A stretch of 64,000 nt of DNA from an uncultured delta proteobacterium (GCA_963745025.1 CAVUWD010000016.1:224001-288000); one strand, 5' to 3'; positions 28,447-38,962 are shown, counted from the stretch's first letter. Translations and numbers: made by a program. The notes: generated by a model not told the origin, from the sequence alone.

Positions 28447-31400
28447 TCACGGCGTGGCGACCCACCGCCCGTTGGCGAGGTGAAGGTGCTTGGTGATCCG
28501 GGGCAAGGCGCGCTCCATCGCCGTGCCGCGCGGATCGGTCCAACGATCCGTGCGATCGAAGCTGACGACCACCTCGTCGCCGCTTGTGCGTATCGACGGA
28601 TTCGTGCAGGACACCTTGAGATCGCTCATCGATGCGAGCGCATCCCGCATGCGCGCCGCTTCCGTCTCGCTCGTGAGGTGGCCGAGCGTGAGCAGCGCCT
28701 CGACGTCCTTCTTCTCGAACGCCGTGCAGTAAGCCTGGATCCAGGCCTGAGCCCCAGCACGGGGATCGGGCTTGTCGACTTCTCTCTTCAAATCGGGAGT
28801 CGGAATCACGGGCCGGACCGACAGGTTCCAGGTGTTTGCGATCGCCGCTCCCCAGGGCGCCGTTGCGCGCACCTCGATCACGTACTCGCCCGGCGACTGG
28901 GGCTGGAAGTCGTAGGCCGGCCCGTCTGCGCCTTGGGCGGGCTCGCCATTGACCCTCCAGAGGAACGCGAGTTTCTCGCCTTGCGATAGATTGACCGGCG
29001 CTCGAAAACTGACCTGGACGCCGGGTTTTCGCTCGACGCTCCGGTTCGCAGGCTCGAGCGCGGCGAAGCCGAGCGGCGGGGCCTCGATTTCGACGTCCCA
29101 GCTTCGGAGCGGGGTCGGTAATCCTTCGCGCACTGCCACGACGTCGAGGCGCTTGCGCCCGGGAGTCCCGGTAACCTCCTTGCCAAGGACGATGCTTCGT
29201 CCGCGCCCTACCGTCTCGCCGCCGAGCTGCCACAGCAGAGACCGGTCGTCGCCGTTCTTCAACGAGGCATCGAAACGGGGCTCGGATCCGGTGCGCACTC
29301 TAACGGTCCGTGTCGTCGGCCGTGCGCTGGCTAGGACCAACGGCTGGGGACGTTCTGCCACCGTGGGCTGCACGACCGGAGGCAGGGTCGCCTCGACGGC
29401 CGGAGGTATTGTCGCCTCGACGACCGGCGCATTGGTGGGCGGGGCGGAGATCGGGGCCAACGTAGGCTCGAGAGGTGGCGCGACCGTCGCACGGGCTTCG
29501 ACCGCCACGGTCGGCTCTGGTTCGCGAGACATCGTCGGCTCGGAGATGGGGGGCGTCCGCAAAGCTCCTGCGATCTTGGGCTCGGACGGTGTCTTAGGGC
29601 GACCGATCCAGACGAGGGTCCCTACGAGGCACGCCGCCGCCGCCCCACCTCCAATCGCAACGGCTCTCCAGGCGAAGCCGCTAACCGGCGCAGTCGCCTG
29701 CTGAGCGGCGGCCTGTTCGAGAAGCGCGCCGACCGATGACTCGATCTCGTCGAGCCGCCGGCCGGCCTCACTCTCGTTGGCTACGGCGAGCGCGTCGTCG
29801 GCGGCAGCGAGCGCCCTGCGGATCGCCTTGAGCCGGCGCCGCGTCCGGCGAGTGGTCGGGAGGTGACCGAGCCGTTCGACGACCGCGGCCCGCCGCCGAC
29901 CGAGGGCGGCCAGGCGCTCGACGCGCTCGTCTTCCTCGATCTCGGCGCAGAGCTCCGCGAGGGCATGCTGGCCCGCGGCGAAGCGGCTCGCAGCCTCGGC
30001 GAAACGCTCCGCCTCGTAGAGCTCGAGACCGCGATCGACGTCGTCTCGACCCCGGGCGAATCGCTGATCGCGCGTGGCACGCTCGCCGAGACGTTCGGCC
30101 GCCGCCAGCGCGGCTTGTGCTCGTTCGCGGGCTGCGCTGGCTTCGTCGCGTGCGCGCTTGAGCTCGAGCTCGGCGCGCGCCTCAGCGATGCGCCGATCGA
30201 GCTCGGGGAGCGACTCCTCGAGAATGCGGATCGCTTCCGACGGGTCTCCTTGACCCGCGTGCTGCTCCGCAGAGGCGAGGGCGTCGAGCAATCGGCGACT
30301 GTGCGGGGCGTCGAGGGCTCCGGCGCCGAGAGCGCCGAGTGCTCTGGTCCTCTGGGTCGCCTCGGCGCGGACTGAGGTGAGGCGCGCGAGGATGCGCTCC
30401 CGCTCGATCCTTTGGGAGATGGCTTGGGCGAGATCGCTCAGACGCTTGCCGGCGGAGCGAAGCGGCGGAAGCGCCGCTGCGTATTCGCCACGGCCGAACT
30501 CCGATTCGGCGCGGTCGGCCTCATCGACCGCAGCCGCGAGCTCGGAGGCCTCCGCGCCCGCGGGCGTGCCTGCGGAAGCAACCGCCGCGCGCGCGCTGCG
30601 TAGGGACTCCAGCGCCGCCTGCGCGGCGGGCTCGGCATTGCGGTTCCGCTCGGCGGCGCGCCTGGCGATTTGACTTTCGAGCTCCTCGACCGCCGTGAGC
30701 GTGCCTTCGAACGCCGCGAGCGCCTCGAGGTGTCGCCCCTCCGCCACCAATCGCTGCGCCGCATCGGCCGCGGCGTGTGTCTGGGCATGCGCGGGGTCGG
30801 TGGGATCCATATCCGGCGACGAATCAATCGACGCCAGGCGCGAGCGGAGGCGCTCGGAGAGATCGTCGACGTGCTGCGAGAGAAGCCGTACCCGACGCCG
30901 ATCCACTTCGGCGAGCAGGGCCATTCCGGCGGCCGCGGCTTGCGATGCCCCCTCGAAATCGCCTGCGGATGTGGAGGCGCGCGCAGCCCTCGCCCGGGTC
31001 TCGGCGAGATCTACGTCGGCCAGGCCGGCTGCTTCGCGCAGCTGCTCGGGAAGGGGCGCAAGCTCCGCGTGGGTCGAGGCGATCGCCGCCTCGAGGCGAT
31101 CGCACGCCGCCAACGCATCGAGGCGCAACTGCTCCCGTCGAGCCGTCTCGTGAGCCTCGCGCCACGCCCGCTCGGCCTGGGCGAGCGCTTGGCCCCCGCC
31201 CGTGAGGTCGCCGACCTCGAGCGCCCGCTCGAGAACCCGAGTCGCTTCGACGGCGGCCACCACGGACTGGGGTGCAAGTCGTTCGGCACCGGCGGCGAGA
31301 GCGACCCCTCGCAGCTCGGCGAGCGCGGCGAGGCCACGCACAAGCCGGTTGCGCTCGGCGGCGCGCAGGGTCTGTTCGCGCTCGGCGGCGCGCAGGGCCT

Positions 31401-33270
31401 GTTCGCGCTCGGCGGCGCGCAGGGCGATTTGACTTTCGAGCTCCCCGACCGCCGTGAGCGTGCCTTCGAACGCCGCGAGCGCGTCGAGGTGTCGCCCCTC
31501 CGCCGCCAGCCGGTGCGCGGCATCGGCCGCCGCCTGAGTCTCGGCATACGCCCCAGCGCTGGGTTCCAGGTCCGGCGACGAATCGATCGACGCCAGACGC
31601 GCTCGCAGGCGCTCCGACAGCTCGTCGACCCGCTCGGCGAGGCGCTGGGTGCGCCGCCGGTCGACTTCGGCGAGCAATGCGATTCCGTCGGCTGCGGCTT
31701 GCGATGCCCCCGCGAAATCCGCCGCGGTGACCGAGCTGCGGGCGGCCTTTGCTCTGGCTTCGGCGAGGCCCATGTCGGCGAGGGGGATGGCGTCACGCAG
31801 GTGCTCGGGAAGGCGCGCGACCTCCGCGCGGGTTGCGGCGATCGCCGCCTCGAGGCGATCGCAGGCCGCCAGCGCATCGAGGCGCAACTGCTCCCGTCGA
31901 GCCGTCTCGTGAGCCTCGCGCCACGCACGCTCGGCCTCGGCGAGCGCCCGGCCCCCGCCCGTGAGATCACCGACTTCGAGCGCCCGCTCCAGAGCCCGAG
32001 TCGCTTCGGCGGCCGCCGCCACGGACTGCGGCGCGAGTCGTCCGGCGTCGGCGGCGAGCGCGTCCGCGCGCAGCTCGACGAGCGCGGTGAGGCCGCGCGC
32101 CAGCCGGTCGCGCTCGCGGCCCTCCACAGACTCGTGCGCGGCGCGAGCGAACGCCTCCACCGCGGCGCGCAGCGATGGAAGCGCCGGCTTCGGCCGATGG
32201 TCGGCGATCGCCGCATCCCCCTGTGAGAGCAGCTCATCGCCCTCCGCGAGCGAGCGCGCGGCGAACTGCTCCGCGCCGCGCTCCACGGCACGGGCCCGCT
32301 CCGACTGCGCTAGATCTCGCGCCTGGGCGGCCTCCGTGACGATGCGTTCCGAATCCTCCTCCAGGATGCGGCGCATCACCGGGCGCATCTCACCCACGCT
32401 CGGGAAGCGGCGGTCGCGGTCGACGGCTACGCAGCGCTGGATCAACTGCCGGAAGCGCTCCGGCGTGCCTTCGGGAAAGGGGATCTCGAGGTCCTTCAGG
32501 TCGCGCTGAACCATGCGCATGAGCACGGTGTGTTCAGTCATGCCTGCAAACATGTGGTGGCCGGCATACATTTCGTAGACCACCATGCCGAGCGAATAGA
32601 TGTCGGCGCGCGGATCGATGTCCTTGCCACGGCGGATCTGCTCCGGCGAGGCGTATTTAACGGTGCCGATCACCTCGGTGAGCGAGTGGCCGCTATCCTG
32701 GTCGGACAGTACCTTGGCGATGCCGAAGTCCATGATCAGGACTTTCAGCCGGCGCTCGCCGCTCTCGTTCTCGACGCGTACCATGATGTTGCCGGGCTTG
32801 ATGTCGCGGTGCACCATCGGCTGCGGCCGGCGGGTCTCGGGGTTGACGAAGCGGTGGGCGATCTCCAAGCCCCGCACCAGCTCGAGGCCGATCTCCATGA
32901 CCTCCGAGAGTGGCAGTCCGCGCCCGTGCTCGGCGACGTAGCTGGCGAGGTATTCTTTGAGGGTCTGCCCTTCGATGAAGGGCATGACGAGGTAGGGGAA
33001 CTCGCCTTCCTCGCTGTAGGAGAGCACGGGTACGATGTTCTCGTGCTCGAGCATGCACATCTTCTCCGCTTCCTGCCGGAAGCGCCTGGCCACCACGGCG
33101 TCGCTCGCGAACTGCGGAAGAACGGTCTTCAAGGCGCGGATGCGGCTCACGGCACCGACCTGTTCCCGCACCTTGTAGACGACGCCCATGCCGCCGAAGC
33201 CGATGATCTCGACGACCTCGAATTTCCCCCCGACGTTGGCGCCGGGCGAAAGAATGGTGGCGACGGCCAT
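28447..33270 (-). CDS. Large membrane-anchored Hanks-type Ser/Thr protein kinase
   Basis: IGFGGMGVVY, ALK, HRDIKPGN, DFGIAK, GTVKYASPEQ; long helical repeats; TM segment; Pro-rich linker; beta-sandwich and NTF2-like C-terminus. Confidence 0.93.
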   Translation of the reverse strand: MAVATILSPGANVGGKFEVVEIIGFGGMGVVYKVREQVGAVSRIRALKTVLPQFASDAVVARRFRQEAEKMCMLEHENIVPVLSYSEEGEFPYLVMPFIEGQTLKEYLASYVAEHGRGLPLSEVMEIGLELVRGLEIAHRFVNPETRRPQPMVHRDIKPGNIMVRVENESGERRLKVLIMDFGIAKVLSDQDSGHSLTEVIGTVKYASPEQIRRGKDIDPRADIYSLGMVVYEMYAGHHMFAGMTEHTVLMRMVQRDLKDLEIPFPEGTPERFRQLIQRCVAVDRDRRFPSVGEMRPVMRRILEEDSERIVTEAAQARDLAQSERARAVERGAEQFAARSLAEGDELLSQGDAAIADHRPKPALPSLRAAVEAFARAAHESVEGRERDRLARGLTALVELRADALAADAGRLAPQSVAAAAEATRALERALEVGDLTGGGRALAEAERAWREAHETARREQLRLDALAACDRLEAAIAATRAEVARLPEHLRDAIPLADMGLAEARAKAARSSVTAADFAGASQAAADGIALLAEVDRRRTQRLAERVDELSERLRARLASIDSSPDLEPSAGAYAETQAAADAAHRLAAEGRHLDALAAFEGTLTAVGELESQIALRAAEREQALRAAEREQTLRAAERNRLVRGLAALAELRGVALAAGAERLAPQSVVAAVEATRVLERALEVGDLTGGGQALAQAERAWREAHETARREQLRLDALAACDRLEAAIASTHAELAPLPEQLREAAGLADVDLAETRARAARASTSAGDFEGASQAAAAGMALLAEVDRRRVRLLSQHVDDLSERLRSRLASIDSSPDMDPTDPAHAQTHAAADAAQRLVAEGRHLEALAAFEGTLTAVEELESQIARRAAERNRNAEPAAQAALESLRSARAAVASAGTPAGAEASELAAAVDEADRAESEFGRGEYAAALPPLRSAGKRLSDLAQAISQRIERERILARLTSVRAEATQRTRALGALGAGALDAPHSRRLLDALASAEQHAGQGDPSEAIRILEESLPELDRRIAEARAELELKRARDEASAARERAQAALAAAERLGERATRDQRFARGRDDVDRGLELYEAERFAEAASRFAAGQHALAELCAEIEEDERVERLAALGRRRAAVVERLGHLPTTRRTRRRLKAIRRALAAADDALAVANESEAGRRLDEIESSVGALLEQAAAQQATAPVSGFAWRAVAIGGGAAAACLVGTLVWIGRPKTPSEPKIAGALRTPPISEPTMSREPEPTVAVEARATVAPPLEPTLAPISAPPTNAPVVEATIPPAVEATLPPVVQPTVAERPQPLVLASARPTTRTVRVRTGSEPRFDASLKNGDDRSLLWQLGGETVGRGRSIVLGKEVTGTPGRKRLDVVAVREGLPTPLRSWDVEIEAPPLGFAALEPANRSVERKPGVQVSFRAPVNLSQGEKLAFLWRVNGEPAQGADGPAYDFQPQSPGEYVIEVRATAPWGAAIANTWNLSVRPVIPTPDLKREVDKPDPRAGAQAWIQAYCTAFEKKDVEALLTLGHLTSETEAARMRDALASMSDLKVSCTNPSIRTSGDEVVVSFDRTDRWTDPRGTAMERALPRITKHLHLANGRWVATP
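30649..32115. repeat. Intragenic direct duplication (period 759 nt = 253 aa) with nested 27-nt tandem repeat at 31351-31424
   Basis: GGCGATTTGACTTTCGAGCTC at 30664 and 31423; LRAAEREQ(A/T) repeated in protein. Confidence 0.9.
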
Positions 33271-33272
33271 CC

Positions 33273-34013
33273 CTAATCCGGTGCGCAGCGCACCGCGATC
33301 GCCGTGGCGTTATCCTTGCCGCCTGCTCGATTGGCCGCCGCGATCAGCTCCCGGCACGCCGCTTCGGGATCGTCACGGTCGGCGACCAGGATCCCTTTGA
33401 TCTCGCTCTCGGCCAGCATCCCCGAAACGCCGTCGCTGCAGAGCAGGTAGAGGTCGCCGGGCCGGACGTCGAGCTGCTGGACGTCCGGCGACACGTCTCC
33501 GGCCGCGCCCAGGGCCCGCGTCAGCACGTGCCGGTACGGATGCACGCTCGCCTCGGTCTCGGAGATGTCGTGGTTGCGAAGCAGATCCGAGACCACGGTG
33601 TGATCGGTGGTCAGCAACTCGAGCCGGTCGTCGCGCAAGCGGTAGGCACGGCTATCGCCGACGTGCACCACGGTTCCCCGCCCGGCTCCGTCGAACAGCA
33701 GCGCGACGAGCGTGGTTCCCATGCGGCTGAGATCGCTGTCCTGCGAGGCTCGTGCGACGATGCGGCGGTTAGCGTCGCGCACGGCATCGACCAGACGAGA
33801 GACTGCTTCGGCCGGGTCGGCAATGTCTCGCGACGGCATGCAGCGTTCCTCGACCGTCGCCACGGCCATCTCGCTCGCCTGCTTGCCACCCTTGTGCCCG
33901 CCCATGCCGTCGGCGACCACGAAGAGGTTGCGCGTCGGGAAATAGCCGCTGCTGTCCTGGTTTTCCTGGCGGACTAGCCCGATGTCGGAAAGCGCGAAGC
34001 TCTCGATCTTCAT
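33273..34013 (-). CDS. PP2C-family Ser/Thr phosphatase
   Basis: SDIGLVRQENQD, VADGMGGH, MGTT, HVGDSRAY, LCSDG, GGKDNAT. Confidence 0.95.
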   Translation of the reverse strand: MKIESFALSDIGLVRQENQDSSGYFPTRNLFVVADGMGGHKGGKQASEMAVATVEERCMPSRDIADPAEAVSRLVDAVRDANRRIVARASQDSDLSRMGTTLVALLFDGAGRGTVVHVGDSRAYRLRDDRLELLTTDHTVVSDLLRNHDISETEASVHPYRHVLTRALGAAGDVSPDVQQLDVRPGDLYLLCSDGVSGMLAESEIKGILVADRDDPEAACRELIAAANRAGGKDNATAIAVRCAPD

Positions 34014-35194
34014 CTGTTGCGCCGGGCTCTCTCGCTCACGACCAACCCCAGTCCCATGACCACGAAAAAGATCTCCAGCACCTCGCTGTCGCCGAAATTG
34101 TACTCGACGAGGCCTGCCACGTGAAAGCCCACGAAGCTCGCCAGTATCGCAACGGCGAGGGCCTCGAGCGCCCTGTCTTCCGCAGGGACTCTGCAGTAGG
34201 CGCGCCAGGCGAGAATGGCAAACGTCGCCATCCACCACAGGAACATGCCGAGCCCAAGGTAGCCGTCCTCCAGCGTGATCTGCAGTAGGTTGTTATGCGC
34301 GTGCTTGTGATGCTGGGGGATGTTGGCGTAGTCGCGCAGGATCTCCCCGTTTTTCCGCCCTACTCCCATCGGGAAGCGTTTGACGATGTCGATCGCGGCG
34401 ACCCAGATGTCGTAACGGTTGCCCGGCAGGAAGAGGTCTCGCGCCGAGTTTGCGACCCTCGCGCGAACCGGCGGCACCGCCGCCACCGCGAGCGCGGTCA
34501 ACAGTCCAGCGACCAGCACGAGCCGCCGCGATGCCAGCAACCCGACCATCACGACCGCCGCGACGGCGCCCAGCCATACGCCACGCTTCAGATTGAGGGC
34601 CAGCGCCACCCCGTACAGAGCGAGAGCAAATCGCAGCGGCCGAACGGGAAAGACTCGGCGGAGGAGAAGAGGCAGCGCGAGGCCGACAGCGAAGAGTAGC
34701 TGTCCGGACTGTGTCATCTGCCCGAGGAAAAGCCGCGGCAGCGGAAACGGTGACAGCGCTCCGAGGACCGTGTAGGCGGAGGTCACAGCGATTCCGACGA
34801 GAAAGCAGAGGACGAGCGAGAGCGAGCGATCGACGGCGCGCGCGTACGCGTAGACCAGGTAGATGACGACGATCTGCAAGTACGTACGCAGCCCATACAG
34901 GCTTTCCAGCGGATCGAGCCCGAGGAACGCGGCCAACAGCGAGGAAAGCGCGAAGCACGCGATCGGCAGATCGAGCGGTGTCCGCACACGCGGCCGCCCT
35001 CGTGTCCACCAATCGATGGCCGCCGCGGTCGCGGTGAAAACCAACAGCAGCTGCGAGACGAAGATCGAGAAGGGGATGGACAGCGCAAACGCGCGCAGCA
35101 GCCACCAGGTCACGGCGTCGAGGTTGTTTCGTAGCCACGAAAGTCGGCGTGCCGCCGGAGCGGCGGGCAGGGCGGATGCGGGCTTGCTCACCAT
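34010..35194 (-). CDS. O-antigen ligase (Wzy_C) family membrane protein
   Basis: Multi-TM; KRGVWLG, RYDIW, PMGVG, HAHNNLLQ. Confidence 0.85.
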   Translation of the reverse strand: MVSKPASALPAAPAARRLSWLRNNLDAVTWWLLRAFALSIPFSIFVSQLLLVFTATAAAIDWWTRGRPRVRTPLDLPIACFALSSLLAAFLGLDPLESLYGLRTYLQIVVIYLVYAYARAVDRSLSLVLCFLVGIAVTSAYTVLGALSPFPLPRLFLGQMTQSGQLLFAVGLALPLLLRRVFPVRPLRFALALYGVALALNLKRGVWLGAVAAVVMVGLLASRRLVLVAGLLTALAVAAVPPVRARVANSARDLFLPGNRYDIWVAAIDIVKRFPMGVGRKNGEILRDYANIPQHHKHAHNNLLQITLEDGYLGLGMFLWWMATFAILAWRAYCRVPAEDRALEALAVAILASFVGFHVAGLVEYNFGDSEVLEIFFVVMGLGLVVSERARRNR

Positions 35195-36879
35195 CCGGCT
35201 GCCGCGCCCCCCTTGCGCGGGTCGGCGATGCCGACCAGGCTCCCGCCGCTCACCCACACGGCCTGCACGGCGCCGAGATCGCGGGCCTCGACGAGCTCGT
35301 GGCCGAGCTTTCGCAGCCCGGCGACGATCGCCGGATCGAGGGCGGGCTCGAAGAACAAGCGCGGCGGAATCGCCTGGTCGTGAATGCGCGGGGTGGCCAC
35401 GGCGCGCTCGAGATCCATACCGAAGTCGACCATGTTCACGATCGTCAGCAGCGTGGACGTGATGATGCGCGGGCCCCCGGAGGCGCCGATGGCGAGGAGG
35501 GGAGCACGGTTACGCAGCACCAGTGTGGGGCTCATGCTCGACAGCGGTCGCTTGCCGGCGTGGATCGCGTTCGCGTTGCTACCGACGAGGCCGTAGACGT
35601 TCGGCGCGCCGGGCGCGGAGGAGAAGTCGTCCATCTCGTTGTTGAGGATGATCCCCGTACCGGGCACCAAGACCATCGATCCGAAGGCGGTGTTCACGGT
35701 CGAGGTAACCGCCGCCGCATTGCCGCGGACGTCGATCGCCGAGGTATGCGCGGTGCCTCCCTTTTCGGCGGGCGCCGCAGCCGGAACGGGGGGCGGAGAG
35801 GCGGTCCGCCGCCGCAGCTCCTCGGTGTGCGCGGGGGAGAGTAAACGCGCCATCGGTACATCGACGAAGTCCGGGTCGCCGTACGATTCGGCGCGATCGC
35901 GGAACGCGAGCGATTCGGCCTGAGCGACGCGGTGGAGGGCGAAGGCGCTGCGCGGTCCTTCGCTGCGCAGATCGTAGCCGTCGAGCACGTTCAGGATCTC
36001 GAGCACGACGCCGCCGGAGCTCGGCGGCGAGGCGCCGATCACCGTCAGGCCGTGATAGTACGTGGTAAGCGGCTCACGCAGCCGTTCGCGGTAGCCGCGC
36101 AAGTCCGCAGCGGTGAGGATTCCCCTCTCGGCCGCGATGGCCTCGGCGATCGCCTCGCCGATCGGGCCTTCGTAGAAGGCGCGGACACCCTCGGCGGCGA
36201 CGGCGCGCAGCGTCGCCGCGAGATCCCGTTGCACGAGGAACTCGCCTGCGGCGTAGGGCTCCCCGCTCGGCTTTAAGTATACCGCCGCGAGCGCAGGGTG
36301 GCGACGGATCTCCTCGGCGTTGCTGCCGAGCTCCGCCGCCAGGTGGCTACCGACCGGGAACCCTTCCGCGGCAAAGCGGATAGCGGGCGCCAGCACGGTA
36401 GCCAGCGGCAGGGTCCCGAAGTCTCGCAGCACGCGGGCGAGTCCCTTGACCTCGCCGGGGACGGCGATCGCAAGCGCGCCGCGCAGCGAAAGGCGGGGAT
36501 CTGGGTGGCCATCTCGTACGTACATGTTCGGCGTGGCTGCCGCCGGCGCCGTCTCGCGAAAGTCGATGAAGTGAGCCTCGTGGGTCTTGCCGTCGTAGAC
36601 CAGGGCGAAGCCGCCACCGCCGATCCCGCAGGAGGACGGGTTGGCGACGCCGGTGGCGAATGCCGCCGCGACGGCGGCGTCGATGGCATTGCCCCCGTGT
36701 TCGAGCATCTCGACTCCCGCCTTGGCCGCGAGCTCGTGCTCCGCGGCCACCATGCCGCGCGAGGCGGTTGCGGCCGCAAGCGGCCGCACGACTGCGCCGA
36801 TTAGCAGAAGCGCAAGCAGGAGCTGTCGGGGAAGAAGCCGCAAGCGGGCCCGTCTCGTGAGGCAGAGCGAAGCGATCAT
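35188..36879 (-). CDS. ggt: Gamma-glutamyltransferase
   Basis: GGNAIDAAVA, GIGGGGF, DFRETAP, PPSSGG, GTAHTS (Thr nucleophile), LNNEMDDFS, RPLSSMSP. Confidence 0.96.
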   Translation of the reverse strand: MIASLCLTRRARLRLLPRQLLLALLLIGAVVRPLAAATASRGMVAAEHELAAKAGVEMLEHGGNAIDAAVAAAFATGVANPSSCGIGGGGFALVYDGKTHEAHFIDFRETAPAAATPNMYVRDGHPDPRLSLRGALAIAVPGEVKGLARVLRDFGTLPLATVLAPAIRFAAEGFPVGSHLAAELGSNAEEIRRHPALAAVYLKPSGEPYAAGEFLVQRDLAATLRAVAAEGVRAFYEGPIGEAIAEAIAAERGILTAADLRGYRERLREPLTTYYHGLTVIGASPPSSGGVVLEILNVLDGYDLRSEGPRSAFALHRVAQAESLAFRDRAESYGDPDFVDVPMARLLSPAHTEELRRRTASPPPVPAAAPAEKGGTAHTSAIDVRGNAAAVTSTVNTAFGSMVLVPGTGIILNNEMDDFSSAPGAPNVYGLVGSNANAIHAGKRPLSSMSPTLVLRNRAPLLAIGASGGPRIITSTLLTIVNMVDFGMDLERAVATPRIHDQAIPPRLFFEPALDPAIVAGLRKLGHELVEARDLGAVQAVWVSGGSLVGIADPRKGGAAAGW

Positions 36880-36938
36880 CGGGGGTTCTACGGGGCGGTG
36901 ATGGTCATTTCAACCGTGATGATTTATGTACGCCCGAA

Positions 36939-38132
36939 ATGCCCACCGAAGCTCGCAACGGGCTTTCCATCCGGGAAGAGGAATTCCTGGAAAAGAGCTT
37001 CTACCTCGACGAGTTCCACGAGAAGACATTACTGCTCGCCATCGCCCCGGGTACGGTCGACGAAGCCCTGCTCGGAGGCTTCATCGCCACGGTCCGCGAG
37101 CTGATCCGCGAGGAGGTACGCCTGGTCCTGGTGGTCGGCGATGCCGAGACGGCGCGGCGGCTCGAGACGCGGTTTCGCCGCCTTGCGGCGGCGAGCCTCT
37201 TGGAGCCGCTGTTTGCGGATGCCAACGAGGGTCGACGACCGACGATCGTCGTCGAGTCTCGTGCTCCCGAGCCGGACCTGGCCTCGCTGATGCGGTTGTG
37301 GAGCTTACTGCGAGGTGGGCCGATCGCGGTCGTGTGGGTGCCCCATGCTCCGTGGATGTCGCTCGCGGGATACGCCGTGAAACTCGCCGCGCGGTTGAAG
37401 GTGCACAAGCTCGTCCTCATGGATCCCGAGGGCGGTGTGGGCTCGGACGGCGCACTGTCGTTCCTCGACGAGAGCGTGCTCGCCACCTTGCTGGGGGCGG
37501 GACAAGCGGAATGGATCGGCCTCGGTCACCGCCGAGCGCTGATCCAGGTGATCCGCGAAGGATTGCTCGAGGGTATTCCCTCGATCAATCTTTGCACGCT
37601 GAGCGGGCTGGCTCGCGAGCTCTTCACCTACGAGGGCTCGGGGACGTTGTTCACGCTCGAGGATTACTGCCGCGTCGAACGGCTCGGCATTGACGACTTC
37701 CGCGAGGTCGAGCGGCTGCTCGAGCGCGGGCGACGCGAGGGATTCTTGAAGATCCGTAGCCCCGAGGAAATCGGCGAGATCCTGTTCACCGGCTATGGCG
37801 CCACGATCGCGTCCGGTCATCTCGCGGGGGTGGGATCGCTCCTTTGTGAGCGCTACCAGGCCGAGCACTCGGGCGAGATCGTAGCCCTCTATACCGTCAG
37901 TCGGTTCAAGGGCGAGGGAGTCGGCGCCAAGCTGCTCGCCCGCATCCTCGCCGAAGCGCGCAGCCGGCAGCTGCAAAGCGTGTTCGCCTGTACGACGGAA
38001 GAGCGCGCGGCGCAGTTCTTCCTTCGCCACGGCTTCCGCCAAGTCATGCCGGCCGAGGTCCCCGCCGCCAAGTGGATCGGCTACGACGTGGAACGCATGC
38101 GGCATCTCACCGTCTTGCGGCTCGATTTGTGA
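36939..38132 (+). CDS. ArgA-like amino-acid N-acetyltransferase (degenerate AAK plus GNAT)
   Basis: ELFTYEGSGTL linker typical of ArgA; GEIVALY, KGEGVGAKLL, FFLRHGF. Confidence 0.75.
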   Translation: MPTEARNGLSIREEEFLEKSFYLDEFHEKTLLLAIAPGTVDEALLGGFIATVRELIREEVRLVLVVGDAETARRLETRFRRLAAASLLEPLFADANEGRRPTIVVESRAPEPDLASLMRLWSLLRGGPIAVVWVPHAPWMSLAGYAVKLAARLKVHKLVLMDPEGGVGSDGALSFLDESVLATLLGAGQAEWIGLGHRRALIQVIREGLLEGIPSINLCTLSGLARELFTYEGSGTLFTLEDYCRVERLGIDDFREVERLLERGRREGFLKIRSPEEIGEILFTGYGATIASGHLAGVGSLLCERYQAEHSGEIVALYTVSRFKGEGVGAKLLARILAEARSRQLQSVFACTTEERAAQFFLRHGFRQVMPAEVPAAKWIGYDVERMRHLTVLRLDL

Positions 38133-38962
38133 AGACCCCGGTCGCATATTGTGGGCTCGACGTCGGGATCAGCACGACCGACGCGGTGGCTGGCTGGGCC
38201 GCCGAGCGCTCGGTGAGCCTGCCCACCGTTGGTGTCGAGCGGACGGCGCAAGCGGCGCTCGAGAGGCTGTTCGAACGGAGCGGCGCACCCGCAGGCGAGG
38301 TGGTGATCGCCGCGACGGGAGCCGGTTCTCACCGTTTGCCGGACCGCCTATGCGGATTCGAGCTCCGTCGCATTTCGGAGATCACGGCCATCGGCCGGGG
38401 GGGAATCCGTCTTGGCGGGGGCAGGCAAGCGCTCGTCGCGTCGCTGGGAACCGGCACGGCCCTGGTTTCGGTGCGCGACACGGAGATCCGTCATGTCATC
38501 CCCGGAAACGGGGTCGGCGGCGGCACGCTGCTCGGTCTTTGTCGGGCGCTGCTCGGCACGGACGATCTCGCGGAGCTCGGCGATCTCGCCCGCCGCGGTG
38601 ACCGGCTGCGTCTCGACATCACGATCGGCGAGGCCATCGGCGGGCCGCTCGGCGGGCTTCCGCAGCAGGGGACGGCGAGCAACTTCGCCAAGTATGCGTG
38701 CGGTGCGCGGCGTGAAGACGTGGCCTCAGCGCTCGTTAATCTCGTCACGGAGGCGGTCGCCTGGAGCGTGCTTCTCGGTCTTCAGGCTGCGGGCCACGTA
38801 CGGGCCGTGCTGACCGGCAAGCTCTTGCTCGTCGAGACCGTCCGCCAACGGATCGACGAGATCGGCTCCGAGCTCGGTGGCGTGTTCGTCGTGCCCGAGC
38901 GCGCCGACGTCGCCTCGGCGCTCGGAGCACTCTGGGCGATCGAGGAGGAGCGCGCCTCGTGA
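38129..38962 (+). CDS. Type II pantothenate kinase-like (CoaW/Fumble family)
   Basis: DVGIST, ATGAG, SEITAIGRG, SLGTGT, GVGGGTLLGL, GDR..LD, TASNF; GTGA overlap with upstream gene. Confidence 0.8.
   Translation: MKTPVAYCGLDVGISTTDAVAGWAAERSVSLPTVGVERTAQAALERLFERSGAPAGEVVIAATGAGSHRLPDRLCGFELRRISEITAIGRGGIRLGGGRQALVASLGTGTALVSVRDTEIRHVIPGNGVGGGTLLGLCRALLGTDDLAELGDLARRGDRLRLDITIGEAIGGPLGGLPQQGTASNFAKYACGARREDVASALVNLVTEAVAWSVLLGLQAAGHVRAVLTGKLLLVETVRQRIDEIGSELGGVFVVPERADVASALGALWAIEEERAS

Noticed and set aside
31351-31424. 27-nt repeats as a CRISPR array
   Set aside because: Contiguous in-frame coding repeats with no spacers and no cas genes
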